IMG/VR virus record: IMGVR_UViG_2974671799_000001
Location: 170,671-234,670 of that record
Direction: 5' to 3' (one strand)
Length of the DNA stretch: 64,000 bases
From: a virus
Taxonomy: Duplodnaviria > Caudoviricetes
Shown: positions 1 through 10,990 of the stretch, piece by piece
Layout of the letters: each line of letters begins with the position of its first letter
Position numbering within the stretch: position 1 is the stretch's first letter
Program-made: the position numbers and the translations under genes
The notes under the pieces: generated by a model
What the model was told of the DNA's origin: nothing
Database searches by the model: none
Seen by the model: only the letters and a program-made list of their open reading frames with translations

Positions 1-2
1 TC

Positions 3-2153
3 TCGTCAGTTGTGAAAGACCTTTACAACTACGTAAATCCTAAAAATGGAAAGCATTCACCAATCGTTTCAAAAGAAATTTTAGATGTTGTTACAGCTAA
101 TAGTGCAAAAATAAACGCATATATCGACTATGAACGCGATTATGGTTATGATTATATCGGTTTCAGAACACTTGAAAGAGCTTACTTATTAAAAATTGAT
201 GGTAAAATTGCAGAACGACCTCAACATATGTTGATGAGAGTTTCTTTAGGTATTCATGGTGATGATTTAGAAAATGCATTCAAGACATATGATTTAATGT
301 CTAATAGAAAAATGACTCATGCAACACCTACATTATTTAATTCGGGTACACCTAGACCTCAAATGTCTTCATGTTTCTTGATTGATATGAAAGAAGATTC
401 AATAGATGGTATTTATGATACTTTAAAAATTTGTGCTAAGATTTCTCAATATGCGGGTGGTATTGGTTTAAATACACATAAAATTCGTTCTACTGGTTCG
501 TATATTGCGGGTACAAATGGTTACTCAAATGGTTTAGTACCTATGTTGAAGGTTTTCAATGAAACAGCACGCTACGTTGACCAAGGAGGTGGAAAGAGAA
601 AAGGTTCATTTGCAATGTATTTAGAACCTTGGCACGCTGATATTATGGATTTCTTAGACCTAAAAAAGAATCACGGAAAGGAAGAAATGAGAGCAAGAGA
701 TTTATTCTATGCATTGTGGATTAATGACCTTTTCATGGAAAAAGTTTTTGCTGATGAATATTGGTATTTAATGTCACCAAGCGATTCAAAAGGTCTTAAT
801 AAAGTACACGGTGAAGAGTTCAATGAACTTTATAATAAGTATATTGAAGAAGGTAAATATGTTGCTAAAATTAAAGCACGTCACTTATGGGAAAAGATTT
901 TAGTATCTCAGATTGAAACAGGTACACCATACATGGCTTACAAGGATTCAGCTAACAGGAAATCAAATCAACAAAATTTAGGAACAATACAATCATCAAA
1001 TTTATGTATTGAAATCATGGAATATACAGCACCTGATGAAGTTGCAGTATGTAATCTAGCATCAATTTCATTACCATCATGTTTAAAACTTAATGAAGAT
1101 GGCACTTATATGATTGATTATACAGACCTTTATGAAACAGCTTATCAAACTGCTTTAAATTTAGATAAAGTTATCGATAAGAATTTTTATCCTGTCGAAG
1201 AGGCTAGAAACTCAAACATGAAACATAGACCTATCGGAATGGGTGTGCAAGGTTTAGCTGATTTATTCGCTATGTTAAAATTACCATTCACATCTGATGA
1301 AGCAAAAGAAATTAACAAGAACTTACACGAGGTTATTTATTTCGCAGGTTTAACAGCTTCTAAAGACTTGGCAAAAGTTCATGGAGCTTATGAAACTTTC
1401 AAAGGTTCACCATTATCTGATGGTAAATTCCAATTCGATTTATGGGGTGTTAATGCTTCTGAATTAAGTGGTTTATGTGATTGGGATTCTTTAAGAAAAG
1501 AAATTATTGAATATGGTGTTAGAAACTCTTTAGTTACTGCTTTAATGCCTACAGCATCAACAGGTCAAATCATGGGTAATAATGAATGTTTCGAGGCTTT
1601 CACATCAAACATCTATTTAAGACGTATTTTGAGTGGTGAATTTACTATGATTAATAAGTATTTAATTGAAGATTTGATGAAATTAGGTCTTTGGAATGAT
1701 GAAATGAGACAACATATCATGTATAGAAAAGGTTCTATTCAGGAAATAGATTCTATACCACAAAACCTAAAGGATATTTATAAGACTGTTTATGAAATGT
1801 CTATGAAGGATATTATTGATATGTCTGCTGATAGAGGTTTATTCATTGACCAATCACAGTCATTGAATTTGTTCATGGAGAATCCAACAGAACAAAAGTT
1901 AACATCTATGCACTTTTACGCATGGAAGAAAGGTTTAAAAACTGGTATGTATTACCTAAGAACAAAATCAGCTTCTGATGCTAAGATGGTAACTATTGAC
2001 CCTGAATTAATTAAGAAGTTTGAAAACCAAGAGCTTTTAGAAACTCCTAGAGAAAAACCTATGTCAATGGATGAATATAAAGCAATGCTCGAAAAGAGTA
2101 GATTAGCTTCCGAAAGTGGAAACGATGAAGACTGTTTAATGTGTGGGTCTTAA
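3..2153 (+). CDS. nrdA: Ribonucleoside-diphosphate reductase alpha subunit (class Ia), 5'-truncated by the window edge
   Basis: [12 protein letters not shown], catalytic [20 protein letters not shown] and C-terminal CLMCGS; the frame is open back to position 3. Confidence 0.97.
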   Translation, partial: SSVVKDLYNYVNPKNGKHSPIVSKEILDVVTANSAKINAYIDYERDYGYDYIGFRTLERAYLLKIDGKIAERPQHMLMRVSLGIHGDDLENAFKTYDLMSNRKMTHATPTLFNSGTPRPQMSSCFLIDMKEDSIDGIYDTLKICAKISQYAGGIGLNTHKIRSTGSYIAGTNGYSNGLVPMLKVFNETARYVDQGGGKRKGSFAMYLEPWHADIMDFLDLKKNHGKEEMRARDLFYALWINDLFMEKVFADEYWYLMSPSDSKGLNKVHGEEFNELYNKYIEEGKYVAKIKARHLWEKILVSQIETGTPYMAYKDSANRKSNQQNLGTIQSSNLCIEIMEYTAPDEVAVCNLASISLPSCLKLNEDGTYMIDYTDLYETAYQTALNLDKVIDKNFYPVEEARNSNMKHRPIGMGVQGLADLFAMLKLPFTSDEAKEINKNLHEVIYFAGLTASKDLAKVHGAYETFKGSPLSDGKFQFDLWGVNASELSGLCDWDSLRKEIIEYGVRNSLVTALMPTASTGQIMGNNECFEAFTSNIYLRRILSGEFTMINKYLIEDLMKLGLWNDEMRQHIMYRKGSIQEIDSIPQNLKDIYKTVYEMSMKDIIDMSADRGLFIDQSQSLNLFMENPTEQKLTSMHFYAWKKGLKTGMYYLRTKSASDAKMVTIDPELIKKFENQELLETPREKPMSMDEYKAMLEKSRLASESGNDEDCLMCGS

Positions 2154-2157
2154 TCAC

Positions 2158-2192
2158 AAAAAATCCGATTCAATTTTTGAATCGGATTTTTT
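2158..2192 (+). terminator. Intrinsic terminator
   Basis: aaaaaatccgattca-attttt-gaatcggatttttt hairpin with T tract; a near-identical stem recurs at 20739-20771. Confidence 0.85.
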
Positions 2193-2209
2193 AATTTTTG
2201 TGTTCAAAC

Positions 2210-2217
2210 TATAAATA
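2210..2217 (+). promoter_or_regulatory. T4-type late promoter TATAAATA
   Basis: Exact T4 gp55 consensus 26 nt before the ATG at 2244; also at 19048-19055 and 21824-21831 just before starts. Confidence 0.6.
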
Positions 2218-2243
2218 AAGTATATTAAAAAACAATTTGGAAA

Positions 2244-2690
2244 ATGAATAGTTTAGAATCTTATTATTTGGCAGAATGTGCCGAAGAAAAAATATATAAT
2301 AACGTATCATTAATGTTCGAATCAAAATTAGATGGTGATGAACTTGAAATGAAAGACGTTGATGGTGATGGTGAAATGGATGAGTTCTATTTACTAATGG
2401 GAAATATCATAGATGATGAGTTAGAAAAACAATTTCCATCAGATGAAGAGGATGAAGAAGAAACTAACGAGAGTGTTAAAGCTCGCGCACCAAAGCTTAA
2501 AGGGAAGGCATTAAAAGCTAGAAAAGCAAAAGCTAATATTATGAGGTCAATTATGGCTGAAAAAGAAGTACAAGAAGCTGTAAGCCGTCTTAAAGCTATT
2601 CTTATGCGTAAGGCTAAATCAATCTCATCATCAAATGGTTTCAATAACAGACAAGTTCAAAAAGCGTTTAAAGGTAAAATAAAAATTTAA
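2244..2690 (+). CDS. Putative internal head protein (acidic N-half, basic C-half)
   Basis: YLAE and TNES prohead-protease-like sites; late promoter upstream. Confidence 0.5.
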   Translation: MNSLESYYLAECAEEKIYNNVSLMFESKLDGDELEMKDVDGDGEMDEFYLLMGNIIDDELEKQFPSDEEDEEETNESVKARAPKLKGKALKARKAKANIMRSIMAEKEVQEAVSRLKAILMRKAKSISSSNGFNNRQVQKAFKGKIKI

Positions 2691-2691
2691 T

Positions 2692-3324
2692 ATGAAAGAT
2701 ATTTCAGTTTATATAAATGAAAAGTTAGGAAACTCAATAAATGAAGGTAAAAAAGATACTAAAATTGAGTATATCGTTAAAATGATTAAACATGAGTTTG
2801 GCTCAAAACACAATCTTAATGTTTTAGATTTTAATGATAAAGAAATTACTTTCGATATTTCAAACTTCAATGATGATAATAAAGTTCTTAAATGGGCAAC
2901 TGGTATTCTTAATAGAATGTATGGCGATAAAAGGCGACCTAAAATGATGGATGCTATCACAAAAGATGGTAAATTAATCATCAATGTAAAAGATGCTAGT
3001 GTTAATGAAAGTGAGGAAATTGATGATGAAGGTAAGATTGTCGAGGCTGAACAGATAGACCCAAAAACACTTTATAAAAAAGCTAATAATGACCTTATGG
3101 TTATTCTTAGAGAATTAGGTTTAGGTGCAACACCTAGAATTGATGAACTTTGGAGTGGTGTACAAGGATTACAAGTTGAGTGCAAAATCTCTTCTCATGT
3201 TGAATATCCAATGATTACTATGGAAAATATGAAGGTTATATCTAAGTTGAAAACTGTTAGGTATATTAGTTTTAGAGACTTTCAACACGGATATTTCCAA
3301 GTTTACTTCAAGCACGAAAATTAA
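2692..3324 (+). CDS. Putative internal head protein
   Basis: MKDISVYINE...SINE N-terminus and internal SVNES. Confidence 0.55.
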   Translation: MKDISVYINEKLGNSINEGKKDTKIEYIVKMIKHEFGSKHNLNVLDFNDKEITFDISNFNDDNKVLKWATGILNRMYGDKRRPKMMDAITKDGKLIINVKDASVNESEEIDDEGKIVEAEQIDPKTLYKKANNDLMVILRELGLGATPRIDELWSGVQGLQVECKISSHVEYPMITMENMKVISKLKTVRYISFRDFQHGYFQVYFKHEN

Positions 3325-3387
3325 TAAATTGTACAAATATCCTAGCTTATGTTAGGATATTTCGTTTTAAAACATTATATTTGTAGT

Positions 3388-4116
3388 ATGAAAGAAACAA
3401 ACTCATATCATATACCATACGATAAATTGAAAGACCATGCGAGAGGTGGTGTAGTAATTTATAATGGTATTTTTTACAAAATTAAATACTTAGACGATAA
3501 AACATTTTCTGCTTATAAAGGTAAAGAAACATTTGAAGGTAGAAATATGCACTTACACCCTTATGGGAAAAGTAAGAACGGAACTATCGTTAATTTTGGT
3601 CAAGAACTACCTTTTTTCATGTATAACCAAAATCAAAATAGAAAAGATGTTCCAAAGGAAGAAATTAACGGAACTGATTTTGATAAAGTTAAAACAGATT
3701 CATATTTAGGTTTACTTAGAGCAAACTTGACAACACATATCGTTCAATATAATGAAAAAGATGGTGGATTCGTTGTTTTTGATGATGGTAATAATGTTTT
3801 TCTTAAATTAAGAAATGGAAAAAATATCACTTTACCAAAGAAAAATTTACACTATGTTAAAAATCATTATGTGAAAGGTAAATATAAAAAGCTTTGGTTC
3901 AAATATGACCCTAAAAAGGAATTACCAATGCAAGTTCAACAATTACCAGTTAAAGGCGATGCATATAAAGAATACTTAGAATTAAAGGCTAAATTTGACC
4001 CTGATTACCAAAGAACTGATGATTATAGAGTGTATAAATCTCAACAGGCAATACATGATAAAATGAAAAGACTTTGGGAAAAATTAACACCAAAACAGAA
4101 AAAGAAAGTAGCATAA
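3388..4116 (+). CDS. Hypothetical protein (start moved to ATG 3388)
   Basis: The upstream part of the track ORF overlaps a hairpin and the TATATTTG box at 3376-3383. Confidence 0.75.
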   Translation: MKETNSYHIPYDKLKDHARGGVVIYNGIFYKIKYLDDKTFSAYKGKETFEGRNMHLHPYGKSKNGTIVNFGQELPFFMYNQNQNRKDVPKEEINGTDFDKVKTDSYLGLLRANLTTHIVQYNEKDGGFVVFDDGNNVFLKLRNGKNITLPKKNLHYVKNHYVKGKYKKLWFKYDPKKELPMQVQQLPVKGDAYKEYLELKAKFDPDYQRTDDYRVYKSQQAIHDKMKRLWEKLTPKQKKKVA

Positions 4117-4117
4117 A

Positions 4118-4912
4118 ATGAAAATATTTAATAAAGATTTAGAAACATATATTAGCGAAAACCTAAAATCTACAATGACTATTGAAGAAATAGTTAATCA
4201 AAATCATGGAGAAGTTAGTATATATGTTGACCGTGGAATGAAAGGTTTTAAAAATGATATTGATAAAGCAATATCATTAGTTCCAAAATCTGCTGTTCCT
4301 AACATCATTGCACCATTAAACGCTAAAACATATAATGATATGATTGGTTATAAACTTGACCCTCGTATGAAAATGGCTTTCGGTGTTACTTTCCAATCAG
4401 ATGATGTTATTATACCAATGCAGTATGCAACAGATTTCATTAAGGATGAAGCTAGAAAAATGTCATTATATAAGAATGATTTAGATGGTTGGAATAGAGT
4501 TTTAGAAATCAAAAAAGATATTAGAGTCTATTCGAAATCATTTAAGAAAAATGTTTTCCAAGTATGTCTTTTTAACCCAAAGTATAAAAATTCTAAGGGT
4601 ATGACTGTAGCAAAAAAGGATTTAAACGATAAATATATTAGTAAGCATGGTGTTCGTAGAACTGTTACTGAAACTGCTTTAGGTGTTATTGTTCATGAGT
4701 TTGGTCACGTTTATGATAGTAGAAATAAAGTTTCTAAAAGTTCGGGATGGTCTGAAATACACATGAAATGGAAACATTTAAAAGATTGTCCGTTATACAT
4801 TAAAGAAAGTGCATCGGAAGCATTCTCAGAAGCTTTTGCAAACTACTTTATTGATAAAGGAAAAGATTTACCCGATTTCGTTTTAGAATATTGTAAAAAG
4901 AATTTTAAATAG
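4118..4912 (+). CDS. Zincin metallopeptidase-domain protein, possibly virion-packaged
   Basis: VHEFGH...SEAFSEAF zinc motif; N-terminal YISE; ends in TAG. Confidence 0.65.
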   Translation: MKIFNKDLETYISENLKSTMTIEEIVNQNHGEVSIYVDRGMKGFKNDIDKAISLVPKSAVPNIIAPLNAKTYNDMIGYKLDPRMKMAFGVTFQSDDVIIPMQYATDFIKDEARKMSLYKNDLDGWNRVLEIKKDIRVYSKSFKKNVFQVCLFNPKYKNSKGMTVAKKDLNDKYISKHGVRRTVTETALGVIVHEFGHVYDSRNKVSKSSGWSEIHMKWKHLKDCPLYIKESASEAFSEAFANYFIDKGKDLPDFVLEYCKKNFK

Positions 4913-5100
4913 GAGTCAAGCAAGAGACACAAAATAATTGAAACGTAGTTGATAGATTGAGTATCATTCGCGTATGACTCCAAAATATACCAACGCTAGG
5001 ACACGTTGTATAGTCGCTTGTTAATGCAATATAAAAGTTATTGCAAGAACTTTTGTTAGTCACTATTCGTGCCGTTGGAATGTAAATCCCGACAAGGTTA
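4912..5100 (+). ncRNA. Candidate structured RNA of unknown class
   Basis: GC-richer intergenic block with helices GGAGTCA/TGACTCC, AGCAAGAGAC/GTCGCTTGTT, CAACG/CGTTG, TGCAATA/TATTGCA, followed by a terminator. Confidence 0.5.
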
Positions 5101-5129
5101 AAACCCACTCTTTAAAGAGTGGGTTTTTT
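5100..5129 (+). terminator. Intrinsic terminator
   Basis: aaaacccactc-tttaaa-gagtgggtttttt. Confidence 0.9.
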
Positions 5130-5231
5130 ATTGCGAATATGAAAAAATTAAAAATATTTTTAAATAATTATAACGATTAAATAAAATATTATAGTATATT
5201 TGTATTACACTTAGAAATAAAAACAAATAGT

Positions 5232-5887
5232 ATGAATAATTTAAAATTTAAAACACCTGATAAAAACAATAAGACTTATACAGAAGCACTTAAAACTGTT
5301 TTTAGTGAGCTTGTGGATATTGATACTAAATATGTTGATATAAAGCCTAAAAAGACCCTTAAAATAGCTTATTATATGGTTATTTCTGATATTATGGTGA
5401 TATCACTAGTTAATGGTTGTGAATTATTATTATCGTATGGTGATGATATTGTTTGTATAGATGATAAAACTTATTATGGATGTACTGGTGGTGATTTCGA
5501 ACTTATAAATTTAAATCCCGATTTTGTTAAAATTAATAGTGATTTTGAGAATGGTGTAATTTTTAAAAATAAATAAAATAAATTATGAACGAACTTATTT
5601 TTAACCTTATGGTTGAACTTACTACATATGGTATTCAACCAAAAATGTGTAGAGATTTTGAGAATATTCTCTATATTGATTTAGATACTTATGCAAAATC
5701 ACACTTATATCTTTACTTAGATGGTAAAATAGTAGGTCGATATGAATACACATATCAGCTTGATTTGTCTAAAAGTATCAATGATTTACTTGTAGATTTA
5801 GGTGAAGAGTTTAAGAAATCAACTCATGGGAGAGGTGGGAATGATGCATGGTTTAATCTATGTCAACAATTAGGTATTAACATTTAA
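5232..5887 (+). CDS. Two hypothetical proteins (5232-5576, 5585-5887)
   Basis: Tightly spaced ORFs downstream of a TATATTTG box. Confidence 0.8.
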
Positions 5888-5898
5888 AACAAATAAAT

Positions 5899-6456
5899 AT
5901 GTGGCAAGGAATTAAAAGAGAAGACTATAAATTAATAGTTGAATCAAGACAATTAGCATTTAGTGCGCACGACCGTTGGACTAATCATGATTATAAAAAA
6001 GGCGTTGGATATTCTTATCACCTGCAAATGGCTGTTGATTTTGGTATCATGTTCTTACACCTTTTAGAACCCGAAGAAAGAGCTATTGCTATTTCAGGTA
6101 TTTACTTACATGATGCTGTAGAAGATGTTCGTTTAACCAAAAATGACATAATCAAGTCAATAGAAAATAAAAGAGTGGCACAATTATCATGTAATATGTG
6201 TTGTGATATTTGGGGTGGAACTCGTGATGAAAGAAATTCACCAAGCTACTATAAAAGAGTTAATAGCGATAAACTTAGTGTTTATGGTAAACTATGTGAT
6301 AGAATGGCTAATATTACTGAATCTATATTAACTAAAGGTGAACCGACTGATTTTTATATCGATGAAATGGAAGATTTCTTATCTAAATTAGATATTGATA
6401 AAAATGGTTTCCAAGAAATGAGTTTATATCTTAAAGAAATTGCAGGATTTCATTAA
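5899..6456 (+). CDS. HD-domain protein, small alarmone ((p)ppGpp) hydrolase/Mesh1-like
   Basis: AH...YSYHL, LHDAVED and KLCDRMANI match the RelA/SpoT hydrolase HD motifs. Confidence 0.75.
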   Translation: MWQGIKREDYKLIVESRQLAFSAHDRWTNHDYKKGVGYSYHLQMAVDFGIMFLHLLEPEERAIAISGIYLHDAVEDVRLTKNDIIKSIENKRVAQLSCNMCCDIWGGTRDERNSPSYYKRVNSDKLSVYGKLCDRMANITESILTKGEPTDFYIDEMEDFLSKLDIDKNGFQEMSLYLKEIAGFH

Positions 6457-6481
6457 ATAGGTTGATAAGAATGTTAAATTT

Positions 6482-6566
6482 TGAAAGTTTTTTAGATTTG
6501 CTATTGTAAAACTAAAAAACTTTCATATATTTGTAGTGTATTTATTAAACATCAAAACAAAACATT
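6482..6566 (+). promoter_or_regulatory. Hairpin-promoter cassette, family A copy 1
   Basis: Inverted repeat tgaaagttttttag/ctaaaaaactttca around ATTG (6503-6506), then 19 nt and TATATTTG (6526-6533); near-copy at 25287-25372. Confidence 0.8.
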
Positions 6567-7242
6567 ATGTCAATCGCAAGAGAAATTTTAACAGTAATCG
6601 AGAAAACAAACCAAATCGCATTAGTTGTAGCAGATGAACACACAATCGGTTATATTGTTCCTGAATGTCCTAATAAATTTCTAGTATTAAGACCAAATTT
6701 AGGTTCTTGGATGAAAGATGGTAGTGCAACTACTTTAGATAATATCAGTGAATTAAGATTATTAGAAACTAAAGATTTCGAAGAGTATAAACTATGTGGT
6801 GAAGGTTACATAAGAGACACTACAAATTACTATTTTAATAGATAATAAAAAATAAAGTTAGATTTCCTTTGTTGGAAGTCTAACTTTTCTTATATTTACA
6901 AAGAATTTAATATTAATTAAAAACAAAATGGAAAAATTAAATCTAATGGGTGTCGAAAGACCATTGAAAACTAGGTGTAAAATCAAGGAATTTGTTAGTT
7001 GTATGGTTTTCGAAGGAAATAAACTACCTAGAAAAGCAAAGAAAAAGTATTTAAAAACATATAATAGAGACACATACCGTAATATAATATTTCTAAACAA
7101 AATTAAAGATGAAATGTTAAAAGGCATTCCATTAAAGTTTCAGTTACCCGCAGGAATTGGTAAAACAAATATGATATTGAATAATATTATATTTGGTGTA
7201 ACCCCTAAAATTACTCACAATCCTATAACAATTTTACCATAA
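6567..7242 (+). CDS. Two hypothetical proteins (6567-6845, 6928-7242)
   Basis: Each ORF follows its own promoter-like cassette. Confidence 0.75.
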
Positions 7243-8225
7243 TGAGAACAAAAGAAGAAATAAAGTTAGCTGAATTAACACTTCAAAAGTGTTTAGAAAA
7301 TGTTCAACGATTTAGTATGTTTGGTGATGATAATCATGAACAAATTAATGCAGGTCTTAGGATTTTGCGCGACCCTTCACCAATGTATAAACTTGATGAA
7401 GAGCTTACATATTATGAAGATGAAATTGATGATATGGCAACAGCAACTTTCATACTTTCGTTAGGTGAATGGTTTGATGGAAATGAGGAACTTGTTGATA
7501 TTATTTGGGGTGAAGAAAATTTAGTAACTTCATTAGAAGATGAACCAAAAAATAAAGTTCCAGTTGTTTGTGTTAAGTTGTGTAAAGATTGTCCGTTCTC
7601 AAAAACATCTTTAAAAGGATTTTTAGCTGATTATGAAGTAGATGATTTCACTAGAATGATGAGTGCAAATTTTTCATTCCCATGTCATAAAAACGTTAAA
7701 GATGATATGACTTTAGAAGCTGTTCAACAAAAGATTAACAATTCCGAAATGTTTCATTGTAGAGGTTATATTGAATCATTCATAAAATCGGGTAGAACTG
7801 GGTATGGTAATCCAAAGTTACAGGAAGCAATAGATGAGGTTAAGAAGCAAGGTCTTAGTGATAATTCAATGTCTGATTATGAGTTCAAATATCACCACGA
7901 TTATATTTATATGGTTGATACTTGTATCAAGAAAGAAACAGATTTTACACTATTCTCAGAATCTGTTTATAAATCATATTCACCAAAATCTTTTTCAATT
8001 GATGAAGTTGCTGAGAGATTACAAAAGATTTGTTTAAAAGGTCATGGACTAGAGATTATGGGTGAAGTTCGTCATTATATTAGTGGGAGTTTTTACAATA
8101 GATGTATTGGTGAACAGGATTATAAAAGTATTATTAGGAAATTTCATAAAGGATGTGTAAATCTTAACATTGATGAAATTTATGAATTAAGTATTAATAC
8201 TTTAAAATTAGCAAAATATGAATAA
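7242..8225 (+). CDS. Hypothetical protein with a Cys-rich metal-binding domain (DUF6283-like)
   Basis: CKDCPF...FPCH...HCRG pattern. Confidence 0.45.
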   Translation: MRTKEEIKLAELTLQKCLENVQRFSMFGDDNHEQINAGLRILRDPSPMYKLDEELTYYEDEIDDMATATFILSLGEWFDGNEELVDIIWGEENLVTSLEDEPKNKVPVVCVKLCKDCPFSKTSLKGFLADYEVDDFTRMMSANFSFPCHKNVKDDMTLEAVQQKINNSEMFHCRGYIESFIKSGRTGYGNPKLQEAIDEVKKQGLSDNSMSDYEFKYHHDYIYMVDTCIKKETDFTLFSESVYKSYSPKSFSIDEVAERLQKICLKGHGLEIMGEVRHYISGSFYNRCIGEQDYKSIIRKFHKGCVNLNIDEIYELSINTLKLAKYE

Positions 8226-8243
8226 CAATTAAGTAAATAAAAT

Positions 8244-8588
8244 ATGGAAAAAACATTATTTCAGAGAGTAAGACAGAATTTAATAAATAGTGGTCTTTTA
8301 AAAGAGGAATCAACACATTTAGAAATAGAAGCATTGGTTGTATCTATTCTAGATACAACATCTAACCCAAGCGGATTATCAGAAGCTGTTCAATTAGAAC
8401 GTATGGTTAATGATAGAAAAATGCCTCATGATAAAAAGTTTGAACATAATAATTATACATTGGATGATATGTTTAATATGGTTAATTATGGTCATGATTA
8501 TGTTCTTAAATGTCAAACAAAAGGGTTTGTTCCGAAAGGAAATATTCTGCAACATATTGAATATTTAGAGTCTAAGAAAGACGATTAA
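8244..8588 (+). CDS. Hypothetical protein
   Basis: ORF followed by a terminator hairpin at about 8616-8661. Confidence 0.75.
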   Translation: MEKTLFQRVRQNLINSGLLKEESTHLEIEALVVSILDTTSNPSGLSEAVQLERMVNDRKMPHDKKFEHNNYTLDDMFNMVNYGHDYVLKCQTKGFVPKGNILQHIEYLESKKDD

Positions 8589-8745
8589 TTATATCTTTTT
8601 ACATATAATTTTAATAAAAATCCTGAAACTATACTTTTTTGCATATAGTTTCAGGATTTTTGAGTTAGAACAATATATATAATAAACAATTTTTATTCAT
8701 TAGAGACTGGATTTAAACAAGTCTTTATTTTTAATTTACACTTAT

Positions 8746-9192
8746 ATGAGAATAGAACAATATTTAACAGAATGTTTGGTTACAGAATCAATGGCATCAA
8801 ATAACGCATCAGTAAAAATAGAGAAACTTTTAAAAACACTTAATTTAAACCATGATAAAGGTGGTTTTGAACCATTCGGAAAAGATGGAAAGGCTATGTT
8901 TTTAACTGTTATGAAGGAAGTAATTAATGGAGTTTTTGATGATATAAATTATTCAGATTTGAAAGATTTGAATAAAGGACTATTCGGAAAAGATTCTACA
9001 AAAATAGAAGATGCTAAGAATAAAAATTTCATGAAAAAAGCAGTTCTGATTGACTCTGAAATCCAAAAAGTTGTACATTCTATATCAAAAATTGTTAAGT
9101 GGGATGCTGTAGTTTTTGTAGAGGCTATGAATCAATACTTACAAAGCCAAGGATTTAATTTAAAATTAATACACGAAAAACAAGATAAATAA
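8746..9192 (+). CDS. Putative internal head protein
   Basis: MRIEQYLTECLVTES N-terminus. Confidence 0.5.
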   Translation: MRIEQYLTECLVTESMASNNASVKIEKLLKTLNLNHDKGGFEPFGKDGKAMFLTVMKEVINGVFDDINYSDLKDLNKGLFGKDSTKIEDAKNKNFMKKAVLIDSEIQKVVHSISKIVKWDAVVFVEAMNQYLQSQGFNLKLIHEKQDK

Positions 9193-9815
9193 TGAAAAGT
9201 ATTTTAGAATATGTTACCGAGTCTAGAAATAAAACGGTAAAAGCAGATTTAGGACACTCTAATATGGGTGGTTGGGATTCTATTTATAACAAATCGAAAA
9301 TGGAAAATGGTGATTATCAATATGTTGCATTGATTTCACCTACTACTGGTGAGATTAATTGGCGTGGTGTTTTCAAAGATACCGAGGGTAAGAATTTGGA
9401 TAAAGCGTCATATGATTATATCATGAAGGTTTCAAACAAATATGCTAAGAAAAACAAGAACTTAAAGAAAGTTGAGAAGAGGGTTAAGGATATTTTCAAG
9501 GCTAAGAAGCCTGTAAAAGTTCAATATCCCGAAGGGAAGGTTAAGGATGCTGTTATCGATAATGGTCGATTAGTTTTTATTGAAAATGGTATTGGTTTGT
9601 TTTCTCATTCAATTAATGATGTTATTGAACTTGTTGCTAAAAAATCTTACGATATAGTTGAGTCTGTTAATGAATCAAAAGAAACAGATTTTGTTGTGGG
9701 TCAACCATTTATGTATGGCAATTTCGCAACAACTGTTGTTAGTGTTACAGAAACAACAGTTGAATTAGATGCAGATGGTGAGATTTTCGAAGCTAAAATC
9801 GAAGATTTATTTTAA
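9192..9815 (+). CDS. Putative internal head protein
   Basis: MKSILEYVTES N-terminus and internal IVESVNES. Confidence 0.55.
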   Translation: MKSILEYVTESRNKTVKADLGHSNMGGWDSIYNKSKMENGDYQYVALISPTTGEINWRGVFKDTEGKNLDKASYDYIMKVSNKYAKKNKNLKKVEKRVKDIFKAKKPVKVQYPEGKVKDAVIDNGRLVFIENGIGLFSHSINDVIELVAKKSYDIVESVNESKETDFVVGQPFMYGNFATTVVSVTETTVELDADGEIFEAKIEDLF

Positions 9816-9871
9816 TAACTAATTTTTAATACTTATATTTGATGAGTATTAAATAAGAATAAAAATTTATA

Positions 9872-10990
9872 ATGAAAGTAGGTAAACAAGCAAAGGATTT
9901 ATCGGCAAAAGTAGGGTCGAAAATTGGAAATATTACAAATGCAGAATCCGCATTAAAAAAGTTAAAAAAAGAACGTAAAGATACAATTTTAGGATATGCT
10001 AAACAGTATATCGATAAAATAAATGAAAATCAGTATGTTAAGGCTAAATTAGATGTACATGAGCAAGATTATACAAGAATGTATATTGATATCGATAATA
10101 GTGGTTATGGTGGTGCTATTATAATGAATCACGGTTATTCATCTATTGATATGGGTGATGTATTCAGAACAGTTGTAAATGTTAGTCTTTCGGGATATTC
10201 TAAAGAGGTTATAGACCCAATAATCGAATACCCTATATATGGAGAAAAGAAAGTTTCTAATGAGAAAATGGGAGCTACATTAGAAAAGGTTTCAATAATC
10301 GCAAAAGAATTATCACAATTATATTGGATTATGAACGGTTTCATTCTTTATAAAGAGGTTGAGAAAGAAGTAAAACAATTAGATAAAGAAATTGAAAATA
10401 TCGAAAGTTTAGCAACATCAAACCCATATGTTGAACAATATGGTTTAGCAGAGGTTGTAGCTAATGAAGCTATAGCACACGCATTCAAACAAAAGAATTT
10501 CAAATTCCAACCTAAGAAATTTAGTGATTTAGTAAAAGATATCAAGAAAAATAAAGGATTCTATTTTACCCAAGGTGGTAATGGTAGTGGTGATATGTTC
10601 GGTTTATCTTGGCGTTATAACTCTATGGGTGATAATCAATCAGCTTGGGAACAAATGGTTATGGATATTGTAAATGTTGATACTCGTTTAAGTGAAGGTG
10701 ATGTTATTTTACCAGTATTTGTAGAAAAAGGTGGTTTATACTCTGATATGATGAGTGAATTTAAAATCGAATCTAAAGGAAAAAACTTCAAAGGTGTTGC
10801 TAAATCTGCTTCTAGTGATGAAGTTAAATTATCTAAAAAGTTATTATCAGCAAAGCCTAGAAAAGAAGTTTATTTATCTTCAACTAAAAACGATGTTTCA
10901 GATGTTTTCATACATAAAGGAGCATTCATTCTTTTATTAGCGTTATTCACTAATGAAATGGACGAATATAAAAAACTTTTCATTAACTAA
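9872..10990 (+). CDS. Hypothetical protein (372 aa)
   Basis: Long ORF with a terminator at about 11018-11056. Confidence 0.85.
   Translation: MKVGKQAKDLSAKVGSKIGNITNAESALKKLKKERKDTILGYAKQYIDKINENQYVKAKLDVHEQDYTRMYIDIDNSGYGGAIIMNHGYSSIDMGDVFRTVVNVSLSGYSKEVIDPIIEYPIYGEKKVSNEKMGATLEKVSIIAKELSQLYWIMNGFILYKEVEKEVKQLDKEIENIESLATSNPYVEQYGLAEVVANEAIAHAFKQKNFKFQPKKFSDLVKDIKKNKGFYFTQGGNGSGDMFGLSWRYNSMGDNQSAWEQMVMDIVNVDTRLSEGDVILPVFVEKGGLYSDMMSEFKIESKGKNFKGVAKSASSDEVKLSKKLLSAKPRKEVYLSSTKNDVSDVFIHKGAFILLLALFTNEMDEYKKLFIN

Noticed and set aside
4912-5100. tmRNA, hammerhead, SRP RNA or group I intron
   Set aside because: No tRNA-like ends or tag frame, no CUGAnGA core and no recognisable conserved elements
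4905-5108. 67-aa minus-strand ORF
   Set aside because: It starts inside a terminator, opposes local transcription and has no recognisable motif; a structured RNA explains the region better
9842-9871. In-frame ATG AGT ATT AAA TAA upstream of ORF 9872 as a second readthrough case
   Set aside because: Two TAA stops intervene and the downstream gene has its own good ATG
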